A stretch of DNA of 64,000 nt, filler included, from Collodictyon triciliatum (Eukaryota): assembly GCA_043381765.1 (NCBI GenBank). It is 21 parts of 21 records of this genome, joined end to end, with 100 filler letters (N's around TTAATTAATTAA, not from the genome) between each part and the next. Parts side by side here need not be neighbours in the genome. Positions count along the whole stretch, not along the records: positions 48,887 to 51,831 come from JBHJMP010008035.1; positions 51,932 to 54,875 come from JBHJMP010008036.1; positions 54,976 to 57,919 come from JBHJMP010008037.1; positions 58,020 to 60,963 come from JBHJMP010008038.1; positions 61,064 to 64,000 come from JBHJMP010008043.1; 16 more parts are not named here. The stretch is one strand, 5' to 3'. Both the position numbers and the translations under genes were made by a program. Positions 51,221-64,000 of this stretch are shown in pieces (positions within the stretch are counted from its first letter, which is position 1; every line of letters starts with the position of its first letter). The notes beneath the pieces were generated by a model. The model made no database searches and had not been told where the DNA came from. It saw nothing but the letters and a program-made list of their open reading frames with translations.

Positions 51221-51953
51221 TGTGACTTTTGGAGGAGTTTGCTATGACAGGTACCACAGTGAGAACGGAAGACTGACACTCGCTGGAACGACCAAAGAGC
51301 TGGCTTGACCCTAAATCACTGATTTCTCGCACTACTCTTTTTTGCTTTCTGCCCCCGGAATATCTCGGCTCTTGGAATGATATATGACTCAGTGCAGACT
51401 TCATTGGGTGCGTGCTTTCTGCCACATGCTTATGAGCTGCCTTTTCTACTTGCTGTCTAGGTTGCCGCAGCATATAAGGCCAGCTTTGTTCGTTTGCGGC
51501 TAATGACAAGGCAAAGAGCGCGTTCAGACGCCAGGACGAGCGCGTGGTAGCACGTGCGCAGATACAGTGGCAACAACTGTGAATGTCATCCAGAGACGCT
51601 CTCTATGTCGGTGAATATAATATTTGACTGCATATTTTGCAAATTAAATGGTACGGAACTCATTCATGCTGGAGTTTATATGTTTTCTTGTATTTTCCAA
51701 CCTTGTAACAATCGATTTTATTTCATCTGAGCTTTCTCGATCCACAGACTTTAGGTGCGACGAAGCGCTTTAAAAAAACAAAAAAACAAAAAAACAAAAA
51801 AACAAAAAAACAAAAAAACAAAAAAACAAAANNNNNNNNNNNNNNNNNNNNNNNNNNNNNNNNNNNNNNNNNNNNTTAATTAATTAANNNNNNNNNNNNN
51901 NNNNNNNNNNNNNNNNNNNNNNNNNNNNNNNGGTGAATCATTTCTGATGAAAG

Positions 51954-51989
<36 letters not shown>

Positions 51990-52036
51990 AAAAGGAAAAA
52001 AAAAAAAAAAAAAAAAGGAAAAAAAAAAAAAAGAAG

Positions 52037-52138
<102 letters not shown>

Positions 52139-52728
52139 AAAAAAGAAAAAAAGAAAAAAAGAAAAAAAGAAAAAAAGAAAAGCTCTCGCCGATCACAAAA
52201 CCATTTGCTACATAATTCGGGTGTCAACTTATCCCAACCACAGCTTAACTTTTTCCATAGAGACGAAGATAATATCCCTGGCTCTTTTAGGAGCACGATA
52301 TGGAACGAGAAAAAAATATTAAACAGATGCAAAATACCAGTACATATGATAAGGCATATTTTTTTCTTTCAGATTAATAATGGGCATATTGTAAGAAAAA
52401 TCAGAAGAGGCTAAGGGTTGTCTTCTAATGCGTGTTAGATTACGTAGTATTTCGTTAAATTATTCAACATTATCTCAATCTATGCATTAGAAAATTTTGA
52501 AACTTCTATTCATATGCATTTGTTATTACTCGCAGGTTGGAGGACACAAGAACTCAGGTATGGGTGAATCTAATCTATAATATCGTGCTTATACACATTA
52601 TTTGCTAATTATAGATATGTCTTGGTGAATTATGGTTCATACATATGACGCACAGGCGATCCAAGGGTAAAATTAATGTAGTTATATGGGATTGCAAACC
52701 ACAATTTGCGGGGATAGCCCAACCCAAA

Positions 52729-52833
<105 letters not shown>

Positions 52834-53188
52834 ATTTGCCTATATTTTACATTCCAAATTCGACTTTGATTGAATAACAACGAAAAATATGTGTCTGTTG
52901 TTAGGGTCAAAATTTGCATCTTAAAAATGTCATGAATCAAAATGCATCATTATACCGTTTAGTGCAAGACATAGCCTCTTGATAGCCTCGCATTATCACA
53001 AAGAGGGAATTAAAAAAACCTATATCAATCATATAGAATAAAAGAAATCAGAAGAGAGGAGCGTATCATATTTTTCTTAATTTCGAGGGAGATTTTTTTT
53101 TAAATACGCTTGGAATGCCGTCTTTACTCACCGAATCAAATTAACTCCAAAATATATTTCTAGACGACAATTTGTCAGTTAATTGAAC

Positions 53189-54875
53189 ATGGGAAGCAGT
53201 CTTTCAGTTCGAGATGCATTTCTTTTAGGTTTTCGAATGATAACGATAATGACAATCATATGACCATAAAAGAATAAGTTATAAATGATTAATTCAAATC
53301 TTCATATATTCACCATTTTTCAATAAATACTTTTTATTTTATTTTATGAGGTGAATATGAGTAATGCTCTATTCTACAGGACTAGTCTTCCACTACCTAA
53401 TATGTGGTGCCCAGGGACAAGATTATGTAATGAACACTTTGACAGGTCATACTGACAATGTTTGGTGTGTTACTGTTACAGCTGACGGCTCAAAAATTGT
53501 GTCCGGAAGTTATGACTCTACGATAAAGATATGGGGGATTTCCAATGGAGCATTAATTCGCACATTGACTGGTCACACCAGTTATGTTCGCAGTGTGACC
53601 GTTACTTCTGATAACACAAAAATTGTTTCTGGGGGCCAAGAGAACGCAATTAAAGTCTGGAATCTTGTAAACGGAGCCATTATCCGTACCTTGACTGGAC
53701 ATACTTTTGAAGTTATTGCAATCGGTGTTACGCCAGACAGCACAAAAATCGTGTCCGGAAGTGTTGATAACACGATTAAAATTTGGAACCTTGCCGATGG
53801 AACATTGATTCGCACTTTGACAGGTCATACAGGATATGTTTACAGTCTGGCCATAGCCCCAGATGGTTTAAAAATTGTGTCAGGAAGCAATGACAACACA
53901 ATCAAAATTTGGAACATCGCCGATGGAACATTAATTCGCACCTTGACCGGACACACTGAAGATGTGCGTGGTGTTGATATTACTCCCGATGGCACAAAAA
54001 TTGTCTCTGGAAGTCGTGATTTAACCGTCAGAATTTGGAATATTGCTACTGGAGCTTTCATTCGCTCAATGACTAGTCATACTGATTGGGTTAATAGCGT
54101 TTCTGTCACTCCTGATGGTACTAAAATTGCTTCTGCATGCCGCGATTTAACGATTAAACTTTGGAATATTTATGACGGGGCGTTACTTCGCACATTGAAC
54201 AGTCATACTATGAATGTTCAGACAGTGGTTTTCACTCCTGATGGTTCGAAAATAGTATCAGGAAGCAATGATGGTACAATCAAAATTTGGAATCCACCCG
54301 AAATAACACCACCAACCGGGTCCAAATCTCGGTCCAAATATCGGTCCAAATCTCGGTCCAAATCTCGGTCCAAATCTCGGTCCAAATCTCGGTCCAAATT
54401 ACGTTCCAAATCACGTTCCAAATCACGTTCCAAATCACGTTCCAAATCACGTTCCAAATCACGTTCCAAGACACGTTCCACATCACTTTCCAAATCACGT
54501 TCCAAGACACGTTCCACATCACTTTCCAAATCACGTTCCAAATCACGTTCCAAATCACGTTCCAAATCACGTTCCATATCACGCTCCAAGACGTCCACGA
54601 GGACACCCAGCAAGACACCCAGCAAGACACCCACTAAGACACCCAGCAAGACACCCAGCAAGACACCCACTAAGACACCCAGCAAGACACCCAGCAAGAC
54701 ACCCACTAAGACACCCACTAAGACACCCAGCAAGACACCCAGCAAGACACCCACCAAGACACCCACCAAGACACCCACCAAGACACCCAGCAAGACACCC
54801 AGCAAGACACCCAGCAAGACACCCAGCAAGACACCCAGCAAGACACCCAGCAAGACACCCAGCAAGACACCCAGC
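53189..54875 (+). CDS. Secreted 7-blade WD40 protein with (SKSR)n and (TPSK/TPTK)n tail, 3'-partial
   Basis: Exon 53189-53228 plus the exon from 53380 give the signal-like MGSSLSVRDAFLLGLVFHYLICGAQG, then seven TLTGHT...SGSxDxTIKIWN-type repeats and 12-bp tandem coding repeats. Confidence 0.85.
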
Positions 54876-55019
54876 NNNNNNNNNNNNNNNNNNNNNNNNN
54901 NNNNNNNNNNNNNNNNNNNTTAATTAATTAANNNNNNNNNNNNNNNNNNNNNNNNNNNNNNNNNNNNNNNNNNNNCTACTATTTTGCTTCAAAAGAATAA
55001 AAAAAAAAAAAAAATACTG

Positions 55020-57690
55020 CAGATGCTATGACCCCCATCATACGCGAGCGTCTTTGCGCTGATTGAGTGCGGACGTTTTCTTCCTTGTCGGGATATCTCT
55101 TAAAATGGACTTTTGGAGACTCTGTAAAAGATTTTGATGGATTCAAGCAAAATTTTGAAAATGTCAAAGTAACTTTTTCCTGTGTTGGATTCACCTTTTG
55201 ATGTACCAGATAAACATAAATGAAACTCATATCTGACAGGTTGGTATCTTAACTCCGGTGCGATAAAGTGAAAAATAAATGTGCTAGCACATGGTACAGG
55301 TCGCATATACAAACGAATCGGATTTAAAAGAAGGATTGTCGAAAAACATGTATTTTGAATCAGAAACCTTTGAGTGTCTCGTCTTGTGTTATGTTTTCAC
55401 TTCGAGCTTTCGGTGATAATGACCGAGTGGCAGTTCCGGGTGGGCTGATCGAGATGCGGTATTTAAGTTCGTCGACATGTCCTGGGGTATAAACTGGCTG
55501 CGACTCATCCCCACTTTTTCTTGGTGACCCAACAACCGATTTCATCGAAGACGCTGTGGCAGGACGTGATGCTGTTTTAATAGATTCTATATCCAAGCGA
55601 AGGTCGGGATCTCCAAAGACTTTAGACTCTATTACAAATTCTAAAAATATGCCCATGAGTGTCTGCCTTGATCAACCAGTTTCTTATCAGGAAAAGAAAA
55701 AAAAAGAGTATTTCACATAGGGCAGCGAGTATTAATAAAAATCCAAAGTGTATATTTCGTCATGCTATTAAAACTCCTGAATGCAAACCTGGCCATTTCT
55801 GATACACTGTTTTATAAAAGAAAAATTAGATATGGGGTGGTTACTACGTAGTACCACATACTTTGAAGGGTTATAAAGGAAGTACAAATTGGTTGATTAT
55901 GAACGACCCAAAGAATGATATATTAAATAAAAATCAAAAAAAAAAAAACGAAAAATTATGAAATTCTACCAAACAAACACAGGTAAATCAAAATATAACA
56001 TCATAACTAACTTGCTTGACTGGCCCTTTCTTCAAGGTAAATTTGGCGTCGGTAGTACATCAGCTGCGCGTCTTTTTCTAAAGACGGGATGAGATAAATC
56101 ATGATCAATTCTCAAAATCAAAAGGTTGATTATTTTTTTTATTCTTCCTTTCAATTTTGTGCAGGACGGTGGGATGTTGGCTTAAAATCAAAAGGATGAT
56201 AATTGATTCCGTTCAAATTAGTTACAGATTAATATACAGTATGAAATCAAATCAAAGACATATATTCTCAAAATAATATAATACTATTTTCTATATTCAA
56301 ATGAGGAGCCGTCTCTGGTCTACCAAGGATAGCGGTTGGTGATGCGGGACCTTCAAGGTTAAAGAAGTAAAAAAAATTAAAAAAAAAAAAGTAATCGGAT
56401 CCATGTTATCAGATGATAAATGAAAAATTGAATCTCGTACTTATTTATGACTAAAAAATAATATAGAAACAATCAAACCCATACGATGGATTGATCGGGT
56501 GGATGCAAATTGAGCCATGGTTTGCTGGCGTGGCTGAGGTAGATGGAATGCATTGACATGTGGTGGAGGTTTGTTAACACTCGGAGTAATCCAACTTCGC
56601 ATAAGATATTCTCCTTCCTTGTTGAGTATTCGCTCGCTATAAAAAGGGATATGATAAGGTAAATGTATCGCAGAAATCCCATATTTGAGTGCATTGATTA
56701 AGATCTTGCTTTTTTCTGCGTATGTTAATTAAATTAAATATGATTTTTTTCCTTTATTCGATTCAAAGTGTAGCGAGGTTATGCCATACAAAGGGGAAAT
56801 TAAATTAAATATGATTATATACGACAGTAGTTTTTTTTTTAAAAAAAAAAAAAAGGTTAACAAAAAAGAGATTATACAAATATGGGCGTCTCTCATGGGA
56901 TTTTATGATTTAGGGAGGTATTTTTTTTTTGATTATAAGTACATGTAGGTATCACTCACAGTTCCTCGTGGTTCGGGCGTGCATCCAGGTCATTTGATTT
57001 TCGTGATGATAAATATTTTGCCATTGGAGATTTTTGTGTAAGTGGCTGGATGACAGCTGCATTGGAGAAGACTGGCAAATTGAAACACTTTTCGGATGAT
57101 TTTACTCGTCGACTCGATGGGGTAGACAAAGAAATATCAGACCTATGTTTTATGATATTTTCGGTACCTTTGAAAACCCATATAGTCATAACGCAACACT
57201 AACTTCACACTCAACTAAATGATTAGTCTGTGTGTGGATGGGTGGGTAAAATGAAGGATTTAATAACGAAGGAAAATATCCTTGCTGTGAATATTAGAAC
57301 TCATGAGTAAAGACGATGGAAAAAAGCATGGCGATTAATATCGTGATAATGACTATTGAAGAAACCAGGTATATATATCACAAACTTGCTGATAGGGATA
57401 TAGTTTGGTGGGAGAGTTGCTTTCTTCGATGGGCTGAGGTTTTCCTTTTTGAAAGGCAGGGAATTGATGTCCACCTGGTTTGCTCCTGCAGGCAAACCTT
57501 GTCCTTCTTTTGCCTTTGATGAACCCTTAAGAGAGGCGACATTGGATCGGGTCTGACTTTTGTGCTTTTGCGAGTCTATCGGCACTCGGGACCTTTGTGC
57601 GCCATGATTTGCGTTTCCAAGTTTTTTTGGTTCCTCGGTTGTGTTGACTTCTAAAGTCACCCGATGCATCTTCTTCAGTTTGATATCGAG
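55020..57690 (-). CDS. Uncharacterised Ser/Pro/Lys-rich multi-exon protein, partial
   Basis: Several open, GT-AG-bounded, higher-GC segments (57373-57690, 56960-57142, 56480-56637, 55367-55640); no recognisable domain. Confidence 0.5.
56143..56183 (+). repeat. Short fragment of the dispersed repeat family
   Basis: tcttcctttcaattttgtgcaggacggtgggatgttggctt compares with tcttcctttctattttgtgcgggatggtgaagatgttggctt at ~33403. Confidence 0.7.
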
Positions 57691-57843
57691 CTAACGGGTC
57701 GCGCACAAAAAAAAAAATACCTGTTATTATTGTCCTTTTTTTATTGTCTTTTTTTTATTGTCTTTTTTTTATTGTCTTTTTTTTATTGTCTTTTTTTTAT
57801 TGTCTTTTTTTTATTGTCTTTTTTTATTGTCTTTTTTTTTTTG

Positions 57844-57919
<76 letters not shown>

Positions 57920-59003
57920 NNNNNNNNNNNNNNNNNNNNNNNNNNNNNNNNNNNNNNNNNNNNTTAATTAATTAANNNNNNNNNNNNNNNNNNNNNNNNN
58001 NNNNNNNNNNNNNNNNNNNAATCTTACAAATGGGATTTTTTTTTTTTACGTGAATGGTCTCTTTTTTCCCTTTTTCTTCTTTCTTTCTATTTGTTCGAAT
58101 AGGTTTCTTGTGCAATGGAACTTGTTTTGTATTAGAAGGAAAAGTCTGGAAGTCAGCATCTTTGGGATATCTGCAAGAAAGATTATTTTACCAATCCCAA
58201 ATAGAAAAGAGTCTTTTTCTTCCTCCTTAAAAAAGAAAAAAGAAAAAAAAAAGAGACTTTGTTACTCATGTTTCTGCCGAAGGTTTCATTAGCTTGCATT
58301 TGATTGGAAAGAATACGCCTTTTACTGGGATACAATACATCTTGAAGCTCTGTCCAAACTAGGCCGTTCAATAAATATGCAGCTTTCTGATGTCATGTCT
58401 AACAAATGAATATAATTATAGGCGAGATAGGAGGGCGCAGTCTTTATAAAAACAGTTTCATTTCTTCTCTTTTTCTTCTGTTGATATAAGAGTCCGAGGT
58501 TGCAATCAGGATTCACCGATAAAAAAGTCCCATCCTTTCGACAGTAGATTCGGACTTCCATCATTCCGCGGTTCGCTGCCTTTTTTTTTCCTCCCAGAGA
58601 TTAGTAGAGCAGAGAACTGGTTATGACTTTTCTCGAAGGTGTACAACACAGTCTTCGTTTTTCAAGAGGTGTTTGGTGGGCCGCATTACTTCATTGCAGT
58701 TTATCATGTTTGAATGTTTGATGGAGAATCAGTTTCTCGAAGCGAGATTGACTATGAAGGAGGATGAATAATGCCGAGTTATTGCGCGTAATCACCCTGG
58801 GATTTATTGCAAAATGATATTATCAAATAATCACATAAAACCAAATATAATATTCACATCCATTTTTACTATTCGGCATTTTCATAAATACACACAATTA
58901 GTTGCGATTAATTTGTTTTGTTTTTATTCAATCAGACTTTTCTCATTCTGCCTTTTTATCCTCCTTTGAGGATTTTTCTCCGTCATTCTCTCCAATCATA
59001 TTC

Positions 59004-60963
59004 TCATTCGCTTTTGCCAAACATTTGGATGCGGTGATTTGCATAGTCGCAAACATAGAGTTTCTGATTCAGTCCAAAGCAGACTCCCATCGGACTGTAA
59101 AAGTGTCCATCATTTGATGAAGACTGCGACGATGTGCCGAAAGTGTGAACAACGACATTGTCTTTTGTCATGTCATAAACGCGGATGTGATGATATCCAT
59201 GTTCACTCACCACAATTGTGTTGTTCGGACCTTCTGCAATCGAAACATTACTCGATACATTATTGATTCTGACAGCGCGCAGAAATCTCCCCATCGTATC
59301 ATAAATGTTGATTTTGTCACCGCCGTATCCAATCACACACACTTCGCTCTTTGCAGTTACGCAAATGCCCTCCGGGGATGCGATTCCTTCATCACCAGAG
59401 GATGCTCTCGCAAACGAGCGTTCGTACTCAAACACACGGTTGAACTTGTCCACTTGATTCTTGCTATTGTTTGTAACATAAAGATTGCCTTCGCTGTCAA
59501 AGCATGCATTAAACGGATTGGAGAATCCGCCAAAGTCACTGGATTCTGTGCTTTGTGCGCTTCTTTTGCGACCCGATTGGATTGTCTCAATCATCTTGAA
59601 GTTATCATCAAAGATTTGCACACGATTATTTGAGCTGTCACAAACAGCAATGCATCCATCATGCGAAATGGCGATTCCAATTGGATAGCTGAATTGACTT
59701 GGGCCTGAGCCATTCGTGCCAAACGTGCAGGAAAAGCTCAAATCCTCATTCAGTACATGAACGTGATGGTTACTACGAACAACAACGAATATCTGATTTG
59801 TCTTTGGATGAGCTGCGATTCCCCATGGATTAGAAATCTGTTGGGCTTCACTTCCATTTCACTCGACCTTCTTCTGAAACACATAGTTTTTGATGTTGTA
59901 TTTCCACGGCTTCTGATACAAGTCTATGTTCGTTCTTTTCTTCATCTCCTGTTCTTCTTTCATTTTCCCTTGCTCCATCTTTGCAATCTGTTCCTTCATT
60001 ACGCGATGCTCCTGTACCTCACTCTCCAACTCTTACATGTGCTTGTCTGTCTCGTTCATGCGTCTCTGCCACTCGGCATTTTCTCTTCGCAGCTCTTCCA
60101 AGACTGACTCACACTTTGCGTGGATTTCCTTCAGCACATGCGCCCCGCCTTCTCCTATCACAACGTTGCCGCCAATCTCTATGCTTACTTGCAGCTGCTC
60201 TACATTCACATTACCGACTTCTTCTATGTCTATCTGCAAAGCTGTGCGAGCAAACATGGCGCTCTTGAAAAGCTTGGTCACAACTCTTTCGCGCTCGTAG
60301 ATCTCCTTGGACTCTCTGAGCATGGAAATGGAGTGCCTTAGAATGTTCTCGGATGCCACCATTCGATGCTGTGTGTACTTGATTTTGCTGCTCGCTGGCT
60401 GCAAGGCTAGGATTAACTGAGTTCATTATCGTGATTAGCATCATCTTTTTTCATGTTTAGTGAATTATGGAGGCAATCGCACAACAAAAAAACCCATTTG
60501 CATTGTCAATATCGGATAATAATGATGACGATAAGAGGAATGATTACAGTTTCTTTCAGCTTCTCCTTCAACTGTGCTGCTTTTTGTACAATATCATCGT
60601 ACAAGTTGTCGATCTTTGCATTTTGGTCTCGCTCCTCATCATCAATCTAGGGAATTGAATATTTGAGGAAGTAAACAGAAAAAAGAAGAAACATATAGCA
60701 TGAGCACTTCATGAGAAAACCTTTTTTATCTCGCTCTCGACTTTTGACTTGATTTCAGCAATTGCGTTGATTTTCCTTTCCACCTCCTCAATCAAGTCGT
60801 CCTCCTTGATAGGATCATAATCGATATTCTCAACTTCGATATATTCGTGTGTTTTGGTGATTTTTACATCTTGAAAACCACATCTATCACACATTTCAAC
60901 GACGGGCCAGCATTGCTTGCAGATGGAAACGATGGGAAACTTGTGCAGAATACATTCGCGCAT
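59004..60963 (-). pseudogene. B-box / coiled-coil / NHL-repeat (TRIM-NHL-like) gene with two in-frame stops, 5'-partial
   Basis: B-box-like CILH..CKQC..CDRC..H, coiled coil and NHL repeats (FGTNGSGPSQFSYPIGIA; FYSPMGVC..YVCDYANHRIQMF). TAA at 60033-60035 and TGA at 59859-59861 interrupt an otherwise unshifted frame. Confidence 0.75.
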
Positions 60964-61225
60964 NNNNNNNNNNNNNNNNNNNNNNNNNNNNNNNNNNNNN
61001 NNNNNNNTTAATTAATTAANNNNNNNNNNNNNNNNNNNNNNNNNNNNNNNNNNNNNNNNNNNNAAAAGAAAAAAAGAAAAAAAGAAAAAAAGAAAAAAAG
61101 AAAAAAAGAAAAAAAGAAAAAAAGAAAAAAAGAAAAAAAGAAAAAAAGAAAAAAAGAAAATAATAAAATCTACTCTTTCCTTTTTTTTATTTTATAATTC
61201 CTTGTAATCTCCCTGCTTTTCAGGA

Positions 61226-63674
61226 ATGCGTGCTGCACCGACTCTCCTTTTGGTTGCCATTTGCGCGGCGGCATTTGTAGCTTCCGTACCGCTTTTCGGT
61301 GGCGATGAATCCCCTGAGGTTTGAGATCCGTTTTAACCGCCGTTTTTATCTTTTTTCTTTTTCTTTTTTTTCCTATTTTCCTATTTCCCTCTTTTTTTTC
61401 CTCTTTTTTTCCCTTTTTTTCCCCTTTATCCTTTACTTTCTTCATGTTTCATTTCGTTTCATTTTTCATTTCATTTTTCTTTCTCTCTCTTATTTAAAAA
61501 TAACCAACAATGTTGTCGCATACAAGGTTTCTGTCCTCTTTAAACTGCGCGACCGCACCGGGCATTCCGTCAGCTCCTTCGGACGCTTCAAGTGCTCCCA
61601 AGAGTTGTTTGACATTGTTGGGGACACGGCCAAGGTTTTCCATTCCTTTAAAGTTTACTTAAATGTGACATAGCCAACCTTTTTAACTTTATTTATGGGT
61701 TGCACATAAAAGCTTCATTTCTTTCAATTATCTTTTCTGTTATGACCTAAATGAGCCTTGCAATGAGTGATTCTCTTTGCTCATATTCTTTCCTTATTTC
61801 GAATACAAAATCTATTGTTATTTTTTAAATCCACATATTTAATTTATTACGTGCCGAAACATAATGATATCTTTATTTACACTCCTTTAGCGTCCCTGAT
61901 TTTTTTCTTTTCAACCTAGTACATCGGTAAAATGGATGACTTGGAAAGCCTCCAGAAGTTCGGCTTCGAGGTTTTGGACATCCTGCCTGGACGCCCATTC
62001 TCGGAGATGTCTAAATTATTCTAATTGAAAAAAAAAGACCTTTTGTTTTGGGATGAAAATAGGATGCATACACGACATCTAATCAAAGCCATGCTTTGTA
62101 TTCATTTTTTTATCTCAGAAATACTGTTGAAGTATCCTTCGTTGCCTAGTCGTTCATCTCATGGAAGATATGTTCACTATTTCATTCTCGAACAGAGCTC
62201 CTCCAGCGGGATATGATAATCCTACGGCTCTGTTCCAGAAGTTCACAGAACTCGAAGCAAAGTATCCATCCTTGGCAAAGCTCGTGAATCTGAATCAGCA
62301 ATACGGATTGCCGCTGACTTGGGAAAATCGCATCATCTATACATTCAAAATCACAGTGAGTGATTTCTCAGTCCCTCATACACTATTGAATACCTTGTTG
62401 AAAGGCATACGTGCCTTAGGAATCTACTACTACTCTCTCTCTCTCAATAATGACACGCGTACCGTTTCATATATGTAAATGCACCAATTGTCTTTTCTTT
62501 TCTTGATTATTTTTATCTAAGCAGGGAAAGGAAATGCAATTCCATGTTTAATGTAATGTTCTCAAATTCACTTAAAACCCTTTACAGGCGAACGTCACTG
62601 TCGACCATGACCGACCCAATGTTTTGATTGTCTCCAATCATCATTCTCGCGAGTTGATCACTCCTCAGCTCGCTTTGGACAGTGCACAAAGACTTTTGGC
62701 TGGATGTAACGATTGATTCATTTTCCCCTATTTTTCTTTTTCCATTTTAATACAAACGAATCACCTTTTTTTTTTATCACTCCTTTTTTCCCGATTTCTG
62801 ATATTTTTTTAATTATGCACTTTTGATGTCATGATTCCAATCTTTTATTTTATAGACGGTGTTGACTCTACCCTGACCCAACTCATTAACAACAACCAGG
62901 TTCGCTATGTTTCTGAGTTTGCAATTTAAATATAGCCACGTTCATTTCTCCAACAAATAGAGTGCATCATTTGTAATATTAACTTTGGGTTTAATTACGT
63001 GCGTAGATTTACATCATTTACACTCTCAACCCCGACGGACTGGCCTATGTCTGGAGCACAGATAACTACTGGAGACTTAACCGCCGCAACAATGGACGCA
63101 ATTATGGCGTTTGTCATTTGATCAGTGAATTCAAAATAGCAACAAAAGCGGCGAATAATCAAAGACTATGAATCAAAGAAATATTACCCATAGAAATATT
63201 TATCAAACAAATATTAATCCAAGAAGTGTGATTCCTAGAAATATTAAATCAAACAAGAGTTGATTAAACAAATAAAAACAAAAGCAGTGAATAGGCAAGA
63301 TAAAATGACAAGTAATCGACTCCCGCATAATCCCTCAGGTGGACCTGAACCGCAACTACCCCGTCGGGTGGGATTTCTCATGTGGCGGGTCAACTGTGCC
63401 CGGAAGCGAAACATATCGCGGCCCAGCGCCCGGTTCCGAGCCCGAGACACAGTTGATGATGACCTTCCAGAAAGAGCGCCACTTTGATCGGGTCCTTGAC
63501 TTCCACTCGTATGCCCGCGAAGTCCGTCCAAACTACGGCTCATGCGGGACACTGCCATCGCGCGTGGACACGATGTTTAAATCTTATGGGGACCAATTGG
63601 CCACGTCTGCGAGCTATGCGCGTACTCAGTCGTGCTGCATGGGCGGAGACATTCACTTTGCTTACTTCAGCGAG
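61226..63674 (+). CDS. Secreted M14 zinc carboxypeptidase (carboxypeptidase T-like), 3'-partial
   Basis: Signal peptide MRAAPTLLLVAICAAAFVAS, HHSRE, NPDG, WRLNRR, GVDLNRNY, YRGPAPGSEPET and DFHSY across GT-AG exons. Confidence 0.93.
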
Positions 63675-63727
63675 GTTTGGGCCGATGAATGATGCTTGTG
63701 ACTGATTTGATGAATGATTTAATGCTT

Positions 63728-64000
63728 GGTGTGATGAATGGTGTGATGAATGGTGTGATGAATGGTGTGATGAATGGTGTGATGAATGGTGTGATGAATG
63801 GTGTGATGAATGATGTGATGAATGGTGTGATGAATGATGTGATGAATGGTGTGATGAATGGTGTGATGAATGGTGTGATGAATGGTGTGATGAATGATGT
63901 GATGAATGGTGTGATGAATGGTGTGATGAATGGTGTGATGAATGGTGTGATGAATGGTGTGATGAATGGTGTGATGAATGGTGTGATGAATGGTGTGATG
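63728..64000. repeat. 12-bp tandem repeat (GTGATGAATGGT)n, intronic
   Basis: Read directly; runs to the end of the window. Confidence 0.95.

Noticed and set aside
54218-54865. Antisense ORFs over the WD40 tail
   Set aside because: They are shadow frames of 12-bp coding repeats.

Overview
Eukaryotic, intron-rich DNA with AT-rich non-coding regions, probably from an aerobic protist (complex I factor NDUFAF5, tubulin glutamylase TTLL). The window is not one locus. It is about 21 unplaced contigs of roughly 2.95 kb, joined by artificial N-TTAATTAATTAA-N spacers, so neighbours across spacers are not linked. By manual splicing I recognise whole or partial genes for a BRPF/NTO1-type PHD protein, UBE2E, an RNF213-like C-terminal domain, CK2 beta, OVCA2/FSH1, a PHO80-type cyclin, NDUFAF5, an RGLG/copine VWA protein, a HAD-IIB hydrolase, an LRR-SH3-like-RING-B-box TRIM, a one-LRR-per-exon surface protein, TTLL2-like, a small DUSP, a secreted WD40 stalk protein, a B-box/NHL protein and an M14 carboxypeptidase. 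There are also decayed ASS and MATE copies, several L1/Tx1-type LINE fragments and many microsatellites. The top finding is a decayed Fanzor1 locus (eukaryotic TnpB-like RNA-guided nuclease) at about 9.6-11.7 kb on the minus strand. It keeps its RuvC and zinc-finger motifs and has a strand-specific structured 3' region that is a candidate omegaRNA. All family calls come from recognising motifs by eye, not from database searches.
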